Assembly: GCA_028245195.1 (NCBI GenBank)
Contig: JAOKCF010000001.1
Location: forward strand, 228,326-292,325
DNA: 64,000 nucleotides
Reading direction: 5' to 3'
Source of the DNA: Vicingaceae bacterium
GTDB taxonomy: Bacteria; Bacteroidota; Bacteroidia; Flavobacteriales_E; Vicingaceae
Shown: one piece after another, positions 41,634-51,448 of the stretch
Numbering within the stretch: the first letter of the stretch is position 1
Layout: every line of letters begins with the position of its first letter
Translations under genes and position numbers: made by a program
Notes under the pieces: model-generated
Databases searched by the model: none
The model's input: only the letters and a program-made list of their open reading frames with translations
What the model was told of the DNA's origin: nothing

Positions 41634-41932
41634 GAAAAAAATTCGATAAAATTTGGGTGGGCATAATTGCTGGCATTGTATTACCTCTTGTTGTAATGGG
41701 GGTTTTTTATCTTTCATCGTACAGTTACATCACTGTTCCTGAATTTTTAAGAAAAATGGTTTTTGGTGCAATTATTTTGAAACTATTGAGCCTTTGCGCT
41801 GTAATTAACTTAGGTGCCTTTTTTCTATTTTACAGAGTCGAGCACGACAAGGCTGCCAGAGGAGTTATTTTTGCTACAATGGTACTGGCTTTTGTAGTAA
41901 TTATCGATAAACTCATGAACGGGGGATTATAA
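41630..41932 (+). CDS. small hypothetical membrane protein (3 TM)
   Basis: MRKKFDKIWVGIIAGIVLPLVVMGVFYL... Its ATG overlaps the surE stop (ATGA), and the lpxB ATG (41932) overlaps its last base. The track extension from 41537 lies inside surE. Confidence 0.55.
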   Translation: MRKKFDKIWVGIIAGIVLPLVVMGVFYLSSYSYITVPEFLRKMVFGAIILKLLSLCAVINLGAFFLFYRVEHDKAARGVIFATMVLAFVVIIDKLMNGGL

Positions 41933-43059
41933 TGAAATACTACATTATTGCAGGTGAAGCTTCAGGTGATTTACATGGCAGCAATCTCATTAAAGAAATT
42001 CTTAAAAAAGACACTTCTGCCGAAATTAGAGCCTGGGGTGGAGATTTAATGGAGGCAGCAGGTGCTCAAGTAGTCAAACACTACAGAGATTTAGCCTTTA
42101 TGGGATTTGCTGAAGTAATTATGAACCTAAAAACCATTCTTGGAAACATAAAAGAATGTAAAAAAGACATTCAAAACTACAAGCCTGATGCAGTAATTCT
42201 AGTTGATTACCCCGGATTTAATTTACGCATTGCAGAGTATGTGAAAGCTCTAGAAATTAAAGTTTATTACTACATTTCCCCTCAAATATGGGCTTGGAAA
42301 AAAGGAAGGGTACATAAGATTGCTAAATTCACTGACAAAATTTACACCATTCTACCATTTGAAAAGGCCTTCTTTAAAAAGTACGGCTATGAAGTAGAAT
42401 ATGTTGGCCACCCCCTACTTGATGCTATTGAAAATCGTGATACTTCAGAAAAGCGGAAGCAAGAAATTAAAGCCGAATTTAAAGTAAGTGATCGACCAAT
42501 TGTTGCCATTTTACCGGGAAGTAGAAAGCAAGAAATTGGGGTGATGCTTCCAATTATGTTAAAGCAAATTACCAATTACCCGGACTTTCAATTTGTTCTG
42601 GCTGCTGCACCAAGCTTCGACTTAAGCTACTTTGATCCCTTTATAGAGAAATACCCATCCTTGAAAGTTATTCCAAATAGAACCTATGACTTACTAACCA
42701 TTTCTCATGCGGCAATGGTTACTTCGGGAACAGCAACACTTGAAACAGTGTTATTTAGGGTACCTGAAGTAGTATGTTATAAAGCGAACGCCATATCCTA
42801 TCAGATTGCCAAACGGATAGTTGACATCAAATACATTTCGTTGGTCAACTTAATTATGGATGAGGAAGTTGTAAAAGAGCTTATCCAAGGTGATTTAAAC
42901 CAAAAGTTATTAAAAACAGAATTGGGAAAACTGCTTGAGAATACTTCGGAGAGAACTCAGATGATGAATAAATTTAATGAATTAATTAATAAACTCGGTA
43001 GTGGAGGCGCGTCAGCAAAAACGGCCAAATTATTGATTGATGATTTAACTCATGCGTAG
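41932..43059 (+). CDS. lpxB: lipid-A-disaccharide synthase
   Basis: MKYYIIAGEASGDLHGSNLI, DYPGFNLR and SGTATLE. Length is 375 aa. Confidence 0.92.
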   Translation: MKYYIIAGEASGDLHGSNLIKEILKKDTSAEIRAWGGDLMEAAGAQVVKHYRDLAFMGFAEVIMNLKTILGNIKECKKDIQNYKPDAVILVDYPGFNLRIAEYVKALEIKVYYYISPQIWAWKKGRVHKIAKFTDKIYTILPFEKAFFKKYGYEVEYVGHPLLDAIENRDTSEKRKQEIKAEFKVSDRPIVAILPGSRKQEIGVMLPIMLKQITNYPDFQFVLAAAPSFDLSYFDPFIEKYPSLKVIPNRTYDLLTISHAAMVTSGTATLETVLFRVPEVVCYKANAISYQIAKRIVDIKYISLVNLIMDEEVVKELIQGDLNQKLLKTELGKLLENTSERTQMMNKFNELINKLGSGGASAKTAKLLIDDLTHA

Positions 43060-44191
43060 ACTACTTCCCTTTATCCTTACATTTTTTATTTGCTTTACGC
43101 TGCAAGCTGAGTTCATTAATATTGGCGTTTTTGCATCTAAGCAAATAAACAGTTTCGATTTTTCTGTAAGAGCTGGAAAGTATGCCTTATTTACCGAATC
43201 GGGAAAAATTAAGGAGTTAGGTTCTAAAGCAACACTTCGCATAAAATATGTTGACGGGTTTGTGGAGGTAAAGCAGAATGGATCTCTAATTGGCAAGTAC
43301 AGAAAAGTCAATTTAATGGGAGTTGGGTGGTACAATCACTTCATGGTAAAAAGCAGCGATCCAACTGGTTTAGAGCGTCGATTTGACGATAATCTAAAAA
43401 TTATTGCTCAGCGTAATAAAATGCAACTCATTAACAATCTTGATTTAGACAATTATGTTGCAGGAGTTGTTGAGGCTGAAGTAGGCCGAAAACCACCAAA
43501 AGAGTACTTCAAGTTGCAAGCTATAATTTGCCGCACATATGCATTAGCCAACACTGAAAAGCACATTGTTGATGGTTATAATCTTTGCGACGAAGTTCAT
43601 TGTCAAGCATACCATGGTAAAACATTCTTTAACAACATTGTTGAAGCTGCCATGCAAACGATAGGCGCCGTTATTGTAGATTCTGACATTCAATTAATTA
43701 CCGCAGCCTTTCACTCTTCGTGTGGGGGACAAACCGTAAATTCCGAAGACGTTTGGAGTAAGTCTTTGTATTACCTGCGATCCGTAAAAGACACTTTTTG
43801 CCTGAAGCATAAAGATGCAACTTGGCAAAAAGAGATTGATAAGAAGCTATGGACGAATTACTTAACGGCGCGGCTTCCAAATACTATTTCGGAGAGACAG
43901 TATATGAATTTTAGTTTAAGCGAACGGTTGATATATTTCCCAGAATCAAAACTTTCATTCGAAGAGTTGCGTGGAAAATTTAGATTACGCTCTACCTACT
44001 TTAACATTCAGGAAACTGAAAGCAAAGTACTTTTAAAAGGTCGAGGATTTGGTCACGGCGTTGGTTTGTGCCAAATTGGAGCAATGGAAATGGCGGCATT
44101 GGGCTATAATTATTCTGAAATATTGCATTTTTATTATAGCGGAGTTCACATTATTGATTTAAGTGCATTGGATTTCTTTAAAGAAGATTAA
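43052..44191 (+). CDS. SpoIID/LytB domain-containing protein
   Basis: Signal peptide, then LDNYVAGVVEAEVG, AIICRTYAL and FHSSCGGQT motifs. Confidence 0.8.
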   Translation: MRRLLPFILTFFICFTLQAEFINIGVFASKQINSFDFSVRAGKYALFTESGKIKELGSKATLRIKYVDGFVEVKQNGSLIGKYRKVNLMGVGWYNHFMVKSSDPTGLERRFDDNLKIIAQRNKMQLINNLDLDNYVAGVVEAEVGRKPPKEYFKLQAIICRTYALANTEKHIVDGYNLCDEVHCQAYHGKTFFNNIVEAAMQTIGAVIVDSDIQLITAAFHSSCGGQTVNSEDVWSKSLYYLRSVKDTFCLKHKDATWQKEIDKKLWTNYLTARLPNTISERQYMNFSLSERLIYFPESKLSFEELRGKFRLRSTYFNIQETESKVLLKGRGFGHGVGLCQIGAMEMAALGYNYSEILHFYYSGVHIIDLSALDFFKED

Positions 44192-44215
44192 GAATTTCTT
44201 TTGTAGAAATTCTTA
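44189..44215. terminator. hairpin between convergent genes
   Basis: 11-bp stem TAAGAATTTCT/AGAAATTCTTA with loop TTTGT. There is no strong T-run on either side. Confidence 0.35.
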
Positions 44216-44315
44216 AAAACTAATTACTCGTCTTCCAATTACCAATCGTAAAAAGTTTCTCTAAACCAATTGCTCTCATTGGACCTATTTCATGATTAAC
44301 ATCAGCAATTTACGC

Positions 44316-46028
44316 TCAAAATCCTCTCCAGGCTTTCCTATTTGTTTCTTGAGAAGGAGTTAGCTCAGTCTTCCAGCTTACTTCATATTTTGAAAAATAA
44401 AAGTCATCCGTCAGATTTACTTGAACTCGTTTTGCACTGCCGTGTTGGTCAAAAGCACCCATCGAAATTGGAGCGCCTTTAAAATATTCTAACCATTCTG
44501 ACAAATCATTATTGATTTTAAACCCGTTAATGATTACGATTTCATCATTCACTGAAACACCACTTTTCTTTGCAGGTGAACTTGGGAAGACCATTGCAAC
44601 TTTATTCTCAACTATTTTTACACCGAGGTACGCTTCACAAAATACAGTTGATGGCAGTCGATTCATTTCTAGGCCAAAAAATTCCAAAGCACTCTCTAGC
44701 TGAGCTGTATAATCTTCTGATCCGTTGATATAATTCGCGAAATAAGCTGTCAAATCCACGTTTGCGAATTTTTCAACCTCAGTTTTATAGTCAGATTCAG
44801 ATACACCCTTACCTTGTTTGTAGAAATTGTCGTAAAACGACTTTAAGACATCATCAAATGAGTTTTTGCCGTTTGACCCCTTGCGTATTTCTACATCAAG
44901 CATAAAGGTATTCAGTGCGCCTTCGGTATAAATTGAAGCTTTCCGATTTGGTACTCCCAATACATAGCCATCCAGCCATGTATCATAAGATGAAGCTGCA
45001 ACAGACATGTTTGAAGATCCCGGATTGTTATAATGCCGCTCTAGAATGTGATTAAAAGTTCTAAAAAATGCAGCATCACTAAACACCTTTCCTCGATACA
45101 ACATCAAATCGCCATACCAGGTGGTTGCTCCTTCCGACAAGTAACCCAATTTTGAATAATTCTCTTTGGTAAAATCATAAGGCACCATTTCAATTGGTCG
45201 AATACGCTTCACATTCCATGTATGAAATAATTCATGTGAAGAAACACCCATTAAATCCTCATAGCGACCCTCATTCTTTAGCACATTATAAGAAGGGCCT
45301 AATGCAATTACAGTTGATGCAGAGTGCTCCACTCCGTGGTAGGCTGAATGCGGCAAAATTTGAAATAGATAATGATACTTTTCAGTTGGAAAATCTCCAA
45401 ACAACTCAATTTGAGGTTTTGTGAAACCAATAAAATCTCTTTCCAATTGCTTCCAATCTGGTTTAAATTCCCCTTGAAACCAGAGATGAAACAACGTACC
45501 AGATAACTTAAAGGAATGGTGCTGCATAATTGCCGAAGCAATGAACGGACTGTCGGCTAACTCATCAAAATTCTTCGCGATAAAAACATGCTGGTTTGTC
45601 TCGGGTAAAGCAATTGCTACTTTATAGTCTGCCGTGAGTTTCAAGTGAAGTTCGCACTTTTCAGAAGTTCGGTCTACCTGGTACATCAAACAATTTACTG
45701 GGTTCATATATAGTTGCTTTACATCTAAAAAAGTGGACCCTGCGTTTAACTCATTTGCGAAGTAATTATACCCCAACACTACTTTTGAGCTACCTGAACA
45801 CTTAACCTCCCATAAATCTTTAGTCGTTTTATTTACTAAAAGGGACTTCCCGTTTTCATCAAACGCATCCAGTTTTTGAATATTCTTTGCAAAGTTTCCC
45901 AGCTCATATCTTCCAGGTCGCCATGCTGGCAACTGAAAATTTAATTTTTCACTCCCATTTACTTCAGCTTCTATCTGAATGTCAATATAATGATTGTTTG
46001 GGTTGGAATAGGAAACAATATACTTCAT
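44316..46028 (-). CDS. M61 family metallopeptidase with C-terminal PDZ domain
   Basis: HExxH in the context SSHELFHTWNV, and a PDZ-like segment GVKIVENKVAMVFPSSPAKKSGVSVNDEIVIING. Length is 570 aa. Confidence 0.85.
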   Translation of the reverse strand: MKYIVSYSNPNNHYIDIQIEAEVNGSEKLNFQLPAWRPGRYELGNFAKNIQKLDAFDENGKSLLVNKTTKDLWEVKCSGSSKVVLGYNYFANELNAGSTFLDVKQLYMNPVNCLMYQVDRTSEKCELHLKLTADYKVAIALPETNQHVFIAKNFDELADSPFIASAIMQHHSFKLSGTLFHLWFQGEFKPDWKQLERDFIGFTKPQIELFGDFPTEKYHYLFQILPHSAYHGVEHSASTVIALGPSYNVLKNEGRYEDLMGVSSHELFHTWNVKRIRPIEMVPYDFTKENYSKLGYLSEGATTWYGDLMLYRGKVFSDAAFFRTFNHILERHYNNPGSSNMSVAASSYDTWLDGYVLGVPNRKASIYTEGALNTFMLDVEIRKGSNGKNSFDDVLKSFYDNFYKQGKGVSESDYKTEVEKFANVDLTAYFANYINGSEDYTAQLESALEFFGLEMNRLPSTVFCEAYLGVKIVENKVAMVFPSSPAKKSGVSVNDEIVIINGFKINNDLSEWLEYFKGAPISMGAFDQHGSAKRVQVNLTDDFYFSKYEVSWKTELTPSQETNRKAWRGF

Positions 46029-46093
46029 TTCGTAAAGTTAACATGCAGATTTGATATTCTTACTTTAAATTTGACATTCAATTTACCTGAACC

Positions 46094-47074
46094 ATGAACT
46101 TCATTTTCCAATTTTTAAGACTGATTCGTTTTCCCAATTTGGTGATTATTGCGCTCACGCAATATGCCATCCGATTTGGAATTATCTACCCCTTTTTAAA
46201 TCAAACTGGGCTAGGTTTATTCCTTTCTGAAAAGTTATTTGGAATGCTCGTTGGAGCAACCGTTCTAATTGCAGCATCCGGTTACATTATTAACGATTAT
46301 TTTGATGTTAAACTAGACCTTTTAAACAAACCAAAGCAGTTGATCATTGGAAAAAGCATTTCAAGAAGGCAAGCTATGTTTTTACATACAGCGGTAAACT
46401 TGGTTGGGTTGGCTTTAGCATTTTATGTTGCTATTTCTATTCAGCACCCCATGCTCGTGTTATTTCAAATTGTTAGTGCCGCATCGTTGTGGTTCTACTC
46501 CATTAATTTCAAAAAACAAATTTTAATCGGCAATATTATTATAGCTGCATTAACTGCATTGGTTCCTTTTACGGCGGGCTATTATGAAATTATTCTACTT
46601 TTTGATAGTGTAAAAACGGAATTAGTTATCTCAAATGTTGAAGTTGACAACATCCGCTCATTGTTATTTAGCATTCAATACTTGCTGTACTGGATTATAG
46701 GATATTCAGCGTTTGCTTTTATTTTAACATTTATTAGAGAGGTAATCAAAGACTGTGAAGATATAGAAGGCGACAAAGAGTTTGGTTGCAAAACATTGCC
46801 CATTGTGCATGGAATTCCTAAAGCAAAAAAGGTAGCCAATTTATCAGTTACTATCTTAGTAATCTTACTTACATGTTTAGAGTTCATTCAAATCAACTCG
46901 CAAGACTGGATTTCTTTTTCCTATTTCTTCTTTTTAATATCAATTCCATTGCTTTGGTTGATGGTTAAAATTAGAAAAGCAAAAACAAAAAAGCACTTTT
47001 TCGTCATCAGTCAAGTGTTAAAGGTGTTGATGCTGGTTGGAATTTTATATACAGGAATAATATACCTCTTCTAA
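46094..47074 (+). CDS. UbiA family prenyltransferase (intact)
   Basis: Asp-rich motifs NDYFDVKLD and DCEDIEGDKEFGCKTLP, with 8-9 TM segments. Length is 326 aa. Confidence 0.85.
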   Translation: MNFIFQFLRLIRFPNLVIIALTQYAIRFGIIYPFLNQTGLGLFLSEKLFGMLVGATVLIAASGYIINDYFDVKLDLLNKPKQLIIGKSISRRQAMFLHTAVNLVGLALAFYVAISIQHPMLVLFQIVSAASLWFYSINFKKQILIGNIIIAALTALVPFTAGYYEIILLFDSVKTELVISNVEVDNIRSLLFSIQYLLYWIIGYSAFAFILTFIREVIKDCEDIEGDKEFGCKTLPIVHGIPKAKKVANLSVTILVILLTCLEFIQINSQDWISFSYFFFLISIPLLWLMVKIRKAKTKKHFFVISQVLKVLMLVGILYTGIIYLF

Positions 47075-47649
47075 TGCTAAATTCTAACAATTGGAATATC
47101 ATACTAGCATCAAAATCTCCACGAAGGAAGCAACTTCTTGAGCAGCTAGGCTATACTTTTACTCAAAAGTCGAAAGACACAGACGAAAGTTTTTCAGAAG
47201 AAATACCCCAGCGAAAAGTAGCAGAATACCTTAGCGTTATGAAAGCTGCTGCATTTACGGAAGAGATCAAACAAAAAGACCTCATCATCGCATCAGATAC
47301 AATTGTGCTTATTGAAGATGAAATATTAAACAAACCAAATACTGTTCAAGAAGCCTTTGAGATGCTCTCAAAACTTTCCGGTAAGCAACATGAAGTAATT
47401 ACGGGTGTGTGTTTGAAGTCAAAAGAAAAAGAAGTCTCCTTTTCAATATCAACTTCAGTATTTTTCAAACAGTTGAAAGAAGACGAGATCAATTATTACA
47501 TTGAAAAATACAAGCCGTTTGATAAGGCTGGGGCTTACGGTATTCAAGAATGGATTGGCCTTATTGGAGTAAACAAAATTGAAGGCTCATTTTATAATGT
47601 TATGGGGTTTCCGGCGAAAGCAGTGTACGAAGCGATTGAACGTTTCTAG
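47074..47649 (+). CDS. maf: Maf family nucleoside-triphosphate pyrophosphatase
   Basis: ILASKSPRRKQLLEQLG, ASDTIV and AGAYGIQ. Length is 191 aa. Confidence 0.9.
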   Translation: MLNSNNWNIILASKSPRRKQLLEQLGYTFTQKSKDTDESFSEEIPQRKVAEYLSVMKAAAFTEEIKQKDLIIASDTIVLIEDEILNKPNTVQEAFEMLSKLSGKQHEVITGVCLKSKEKEVSFSISTSVFFKQLKEDEINYYIEKYKPFDKAGAYGIQEWIGLIGVNKIEGSFYNVMGFPAKAVYEAIERF

Positions 47650-47652
47650 CAC

Positions 47653-49863
47653 TTACTTTAACTTCTCCACTAATTCTTTACCATACATAGCCAATGCTTT
47701 TACTTCGCTGATAGAGGCGATTCTATTTCCTTTTAGAATAAGGATATTCTTGCCATCAGATTCCAAATGATAATAAGGGTGACTTTCGAAAAAGACAATT
47801 AAGTCATTGTTAAAAAACGCCTTAATCTTTTTAACGTTTTTCCCTTTTAGCTTAAACCGTCTTGAAAAATCTATGTGCCCCTCTATTTCAATATCCTCAA
47901 AACCTGCCATTCCCGCAATTCGATCAAATATTCGTTCTTTATCAAGCCTGAATCTCGGAATTGCGATGGAAGAAGAAAGTATCAGAACTGTGTGCTTATG
48001 AACCTCTTTTACTATAAGTTCCCCTTCGAAAAATTCAACATCCATTAACTTAAATTGAGTACCATTATGCTCACCTTTAAAAACATTGTACGCATGATCA
48101 ATTGTTTTTCGTCTAAAAAACGGGAAAGCCTCTAATTTTGGTAAATCGATTATTGAATTCGTCTTAAACTCCCAATCAATGTCTCTTGCAAATTCCTTCA
48201 ATCGTTGTTGTCTCGCAGTTAAAACACCTCCCTTTTTCATGAAAGATGTTAGTCTCATTAATCTTCGTGCGGCAAAAGGATGAGCTGAAGTTGAATCGTG
48301 AATATCAAGTCCTATTACCTCTAACGTACTATTCTTCTTCTTAAAATCTTCCTTATAGTAATGAATATGCTCCATTACAGAATTATCTACAAAAGTTGTC
48401 AATGAGAAGTCAAGAATTAATGACTTATTAGCAGGAATAGAATCTAACTTATTTTTTAATTTTAAATAGTTAATAAAGCTTGAATGTCCTTTTACGCTTA
48501 AATGAAGTGACCCATCTTCCTCCTCATACAACAAGGTATTTGGCCTAGTGAACGTTCGTAGAAATTCCACTCGATCTTCCATCAAATAAAATTGAACGAG
48601 AAAGGTTATTGCAATCCCAACTCCAATTCCATTAATTAGCCCGAAAACCAGTGTTGCAATAAGTGTGACCAAGAATATTAGAAATTGATCTTTGCCAAAT
48701 TGATACATCTGACGAAACTTGGCAGGTGATGCTAATTTGTATCCGGTGAATACCAATATACCTGCCAATGCAGAAAGTGGAATTTTAGTAAGCATGTTGG
48801 TAAATAAAAGCACGAATAGCAAAACGAAGATAGCATGAAAAAAATTGGCCCAACGAGAAGTTGCTCCCTGATTAACATTTACCGAACTACGAGCAATTAC
48901 AGCAACCACGGGCAAACCTCCAACTAAACCAGAAAGTACCGTTGCCAAACCCAACGCTTTTAAATCCTTGTTTACATTAGACCGCCTTTGGTACACATCT
49001 AACTTGTCCACTGCTTTAATACTTAATAATGATTCAATAGTAGCAATTAAGGTGATAGAAACAACAGCAACCAAAAACTTGATTTCATTCCATTTAGCAA
49101 AATCTGCTAGTACAAAACTCTCTTTTAAGTTACTAGGAATTTGAATTAAAAATTGACTTGCAATCGGGAATTGATCAGCTGAAATCCATTCAAAATAATA
49201 GTAAAACCCGATTGTAATAACCACAATCCAAAAAGGTGCAGGAATAGCTTGAAATACCCTATTCCTAATTTTCGAATAAAATGCCATTACTGCTAGACTG
49301 ACACTTCCAATAATTGCTACCCAAGGAATACGTTCTGAACTAATTACCGCTAAAATGGATTTAGGAGTTTCTGCTAGCAACATAAGGTTGTTAGCTGCTT
49401 CAACTCCGCTTTCACCAAACATCACGTGTATTTGCTTTGCAATAATGATTAATCCTATTGCCGAAAGCATCCCTTGAATGGTAGCTGAAGGAAAAAAGTC
49501 TGCCAAATTGCCTAATCTTAAAAAGCCCAACAAATTAATAAGTGCTCCTGAACACACAATTGCAGCTAATGTGTAAGAATATCCAACCACTAAATTCCCA
49601 TCTCCAAGAGCTACTACAGAAGTTAAGACTACAACAACTAACCCATTTCCAGGCCCTGAAATTGTAACATTTGAGCCTCCTAAAATTGAGGCCACAATTC
49701 CCCCTGTAACCACCGCAATAATGCCTGACATGGGCGGAACACCTGATGCAATAGCCAAACCTAAAGCTAACGGTAAAGCAATTAATGATACTACAAATCC
49801 TGAGAGTAAATTTCTAAATCCCGATTGTTTGAATCCTCTTATGCCTGTGAAAAGTTCTGCCAT
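47653..49863 (-). CDS. SulP family anion transporter with STAS domain and an unassigned C-terminal extension of about 200 aa
   Basis: SulP N-terminus LLSGFVVSLIALPLALGLAIASGVPPMSG, a multi-TM core, and a STAS-like segment (LILDFSLTTFVDNSVMEHI). Residues from about 545 to the end match no domain I recognise. The start is at 49863 (MAELFTG) or 49881. Confidence 0.8.
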   Translation of the reverse strand: MAELFTGIRGFKQSGFRNLLSGFVVSLIALPLALGLAIASGVPPMSGIIAVVTGGIVASILGGSNVTISGPGNGLVVVVLTSVVALGDGNLVVGYSYTLAAIVCSGALINLLGFLRLGNLADFFPSATIQGMLSAIGLIIIAKQIHVMFGESGVEAANNLMLLAETPKSILAVISSERIPWVAIIGSVSLAVMAFYSKIRNRVFQAIPAPFWIVVITIGFYYYFEWISADQFPIASQFLIQIPSNLKESFVLADFAKWNEIKFLVAVVSITLIATIESLLSIKAVDKLDVYQRRSNVNKDLKALGLATVLSGLVGGLPVVAVIARSSVNVNQGATSRWANFFHAIFVLLFVLLFTNMLTKIPLSALAGILVFTGYKLASPAKFRQMYQFGKDQFLIFLVTLIATLVFGLINGIGVGIAITFLVQFYLMEDRVEFLRTFTRPNTLLYEEEDGSLHLSVKGHSSFINYLKLKNKLDSIPANKSLILDFSLTTFVDNSVMEHIHYYKEDFKKKNSTLEVIGLDIHDSTSAHPFAARRLMRLTSFMKKGGVLTARQQRLKEFARDIDWEFKTNSIIDLPKLEAFPFFRRKTIDHAYNVFKGEHNGTQFKLMDVEFFEGELIVKEVHKHTVLILSSSIAIPRFRLDKERIFDRIAGMAGFEDIEIEGHIDFSRRFKLKGKNVKKIKAFFNNDLIVFFESHPYYHLESDGKNILILKGNRIASISEVKALAMYGKELVEKLK

Positions 49864-49864
49864 T

Positions 49865-50680
49865 CTACTTGGAGTGAACAATCATTAAGTCGCATGGCAT
49901 GTCTGATAATACATACTCTAAATCATGAGGAAAAAAACGATCAAGAATCCCCAGTTTATTATCGGGGCTATTCATGACCAAAAGACTTGCCTTTTTAACC
50001 AATGCATAGTGACTAATCGAATACCCTACTTTACCAAAAACACATCGAATAGAAACTTCCGTCTGACGCCCTATTGGTAGCGGGTTTAATATATTAAAAA
50101 TTCTAGTATCTTCTATTTTTTGTAGTTCCTCCCGCTCATGGTAGGCTTGCTCTAAAGAGAGATTATCATCGATTTTAGTCTTCACTTCTTTGGGGTTAAT
50201 CTCTTCTACAACAGTAATTTTCTTCACACTAAAAGCCAATGCAAAATCACATGCTTTTTCTATTGTGTTCTTAGTTTTAGGATGTTCTAGGCCATTAATT
50301 ACAACTTTCCTCAACGATTGTGCTTTCAACTGCGGATTTGTAATTAGCAATAATGAACAAGGTGGATTGCGGGAGATTTTTCGGGCCACAGAACCCATAT
50401 AATGCTTCAAGAAGTTTTCGTGTTTTATTGCTCCTAAGATTAATAAATCTACCTTCTCAGAAATACATACGGCAGTCAACACTTTTTCAGGCTTACCTTC
50501 TTGCCAAATCACCTTTACCAAAGTTTTGTCTAATCCTACTTTTTGAAGTAATGAATTTACTCTCTGCTCAGTAGTTGCATTTTTAGAACCAGCATGAATC
50601 AGTGTCAGCTGTGACCTCAACCTTTCACTTATGCGCTTGGCTTCGCATAGCAGTGCCTCTGCCGTTGGCGAGAATGCCAA
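49865..50680 (-). CDS. universal stress protein (tandem USP domains)
   Basis: Two USP-like halves (LLILGAIKHENFLKHYMGSVARKI; LLVMNSPD...). Only a TTG start (50678-50680) is available. See the finding on N-terminal ambiguity. Confidence 0.7.
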   Translation of the reverse strand: MAFSPTAEALLCEAKRISERLRSQLTLIHAGSKNATTEQRVNSLLQKVGLDKTLVKVIWQEGKPEKVLTAVCISEKVDLLILGAIKHENFLKHYMGSVARKISRNPPCSLLLITNPQLKAQSLRKVVINGLEHPKTKNTIEKACDFALAFSVKKITVVEEINPKEVKTKIDDNLSLEQAYHEREELQKIEDTRIFNILNPLPIGRQTEVSIRCVFGKVGYSISHYALVKKASLLVMNSPDNKLGILDRFFPHDLEYVLSDMPCDLMIVHSK

Positions 50681-50731
50681 AGCTGTAGCAATATTTCTGA
50701 AAGATTCGATAGACTGTGCGATAAGAAAAAT

Positions 50732-51448
50732 TTAATCCCAATAAATACTATTCCAATTCTTCCCTCTTTCTCTTCTCAAGAAATAATAATGAAGTAGAAA
50801 TCGAACTTGGTGGTGTTTATAAACAACTGGAATTAAATCAGACTCTCGACCATAGCCGTTAATGAAACGTTGAAATCTAGCCGAAACGTGAACCGTGTTA
50901 AACTTCAATCCCGCACCTACTTCATAAGCCAAAGCCATAACTTTAAATTGATCGCCGGCGAATTTCTGACCTTCATTAGCTCCATATTGAACAGCTGAAT
51001 AGAATCTATTGGAAACTGTTGGTCCGAGAATTAATTGGAGAGGGCCACTTCTCAAAATAAACTTCACTCCGTATTCTCCGCGATAAATTGTGTATTCTAA
51101 TTCATTAAACGAACTAATTCCATTGGGTGAGGTTATTGATAGGTCCATAAAACCTCCGCACCTGCATAGGGTTGCCTCCCACAAAACGGAAGGAATGATT
51201 CTAAAGTAAGCAGAACTTTGTTGCCTTGCAGGACTAACTGCCATTTGAACACCAAAATTGTAAGCAGAAAAAGGTTTCCCAGATCTTATAAAAATAGCAT
51301 CGTTCAATTTATATTGATCAACTGTAAACTTTGAAACGCTATATCCTAAATGCCCCCCAAATTCTACAATTTGGGCTTTAGAGGTTGTCGAAAAAAACAA
51401 CATTGTCAATAAAATAATTAACCTTTTACATGTCAAACGGAAAATCAT
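50732..51448 (-). CDS. outer-membrane beta-barrel (porin-family-like) protein
   Basis: Signal peptide KRLIILLTMLFFSTTSKAQ, then an alternating hydrophobic pattern with Gly/aromatic-rich strands. The start is chosen at Met-11 of the track ORF. Confidence 0.5.
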   Translation of the reverse strand: MIFRLTCKRLIILLTMLFFSTTSKAQIVEFGGHLGYSVSKFTVDQYKLNDAIFIRSGKPFSAYNFGVQMAVSPARQQSSAYFRIIPSVLWEATLCRCGGFMDLSITSPNGISSFNELEYTIYRGEYGVKFILRSGPLQLILGPTVSNRFYSAVQYGANEGQKFAGDQFKVMALAYEVGAGLKFNTVHVSARFQRFINGYGRESDLIPVVYKHHQVRFLLHYYFLRRERGKNWNSIYWD

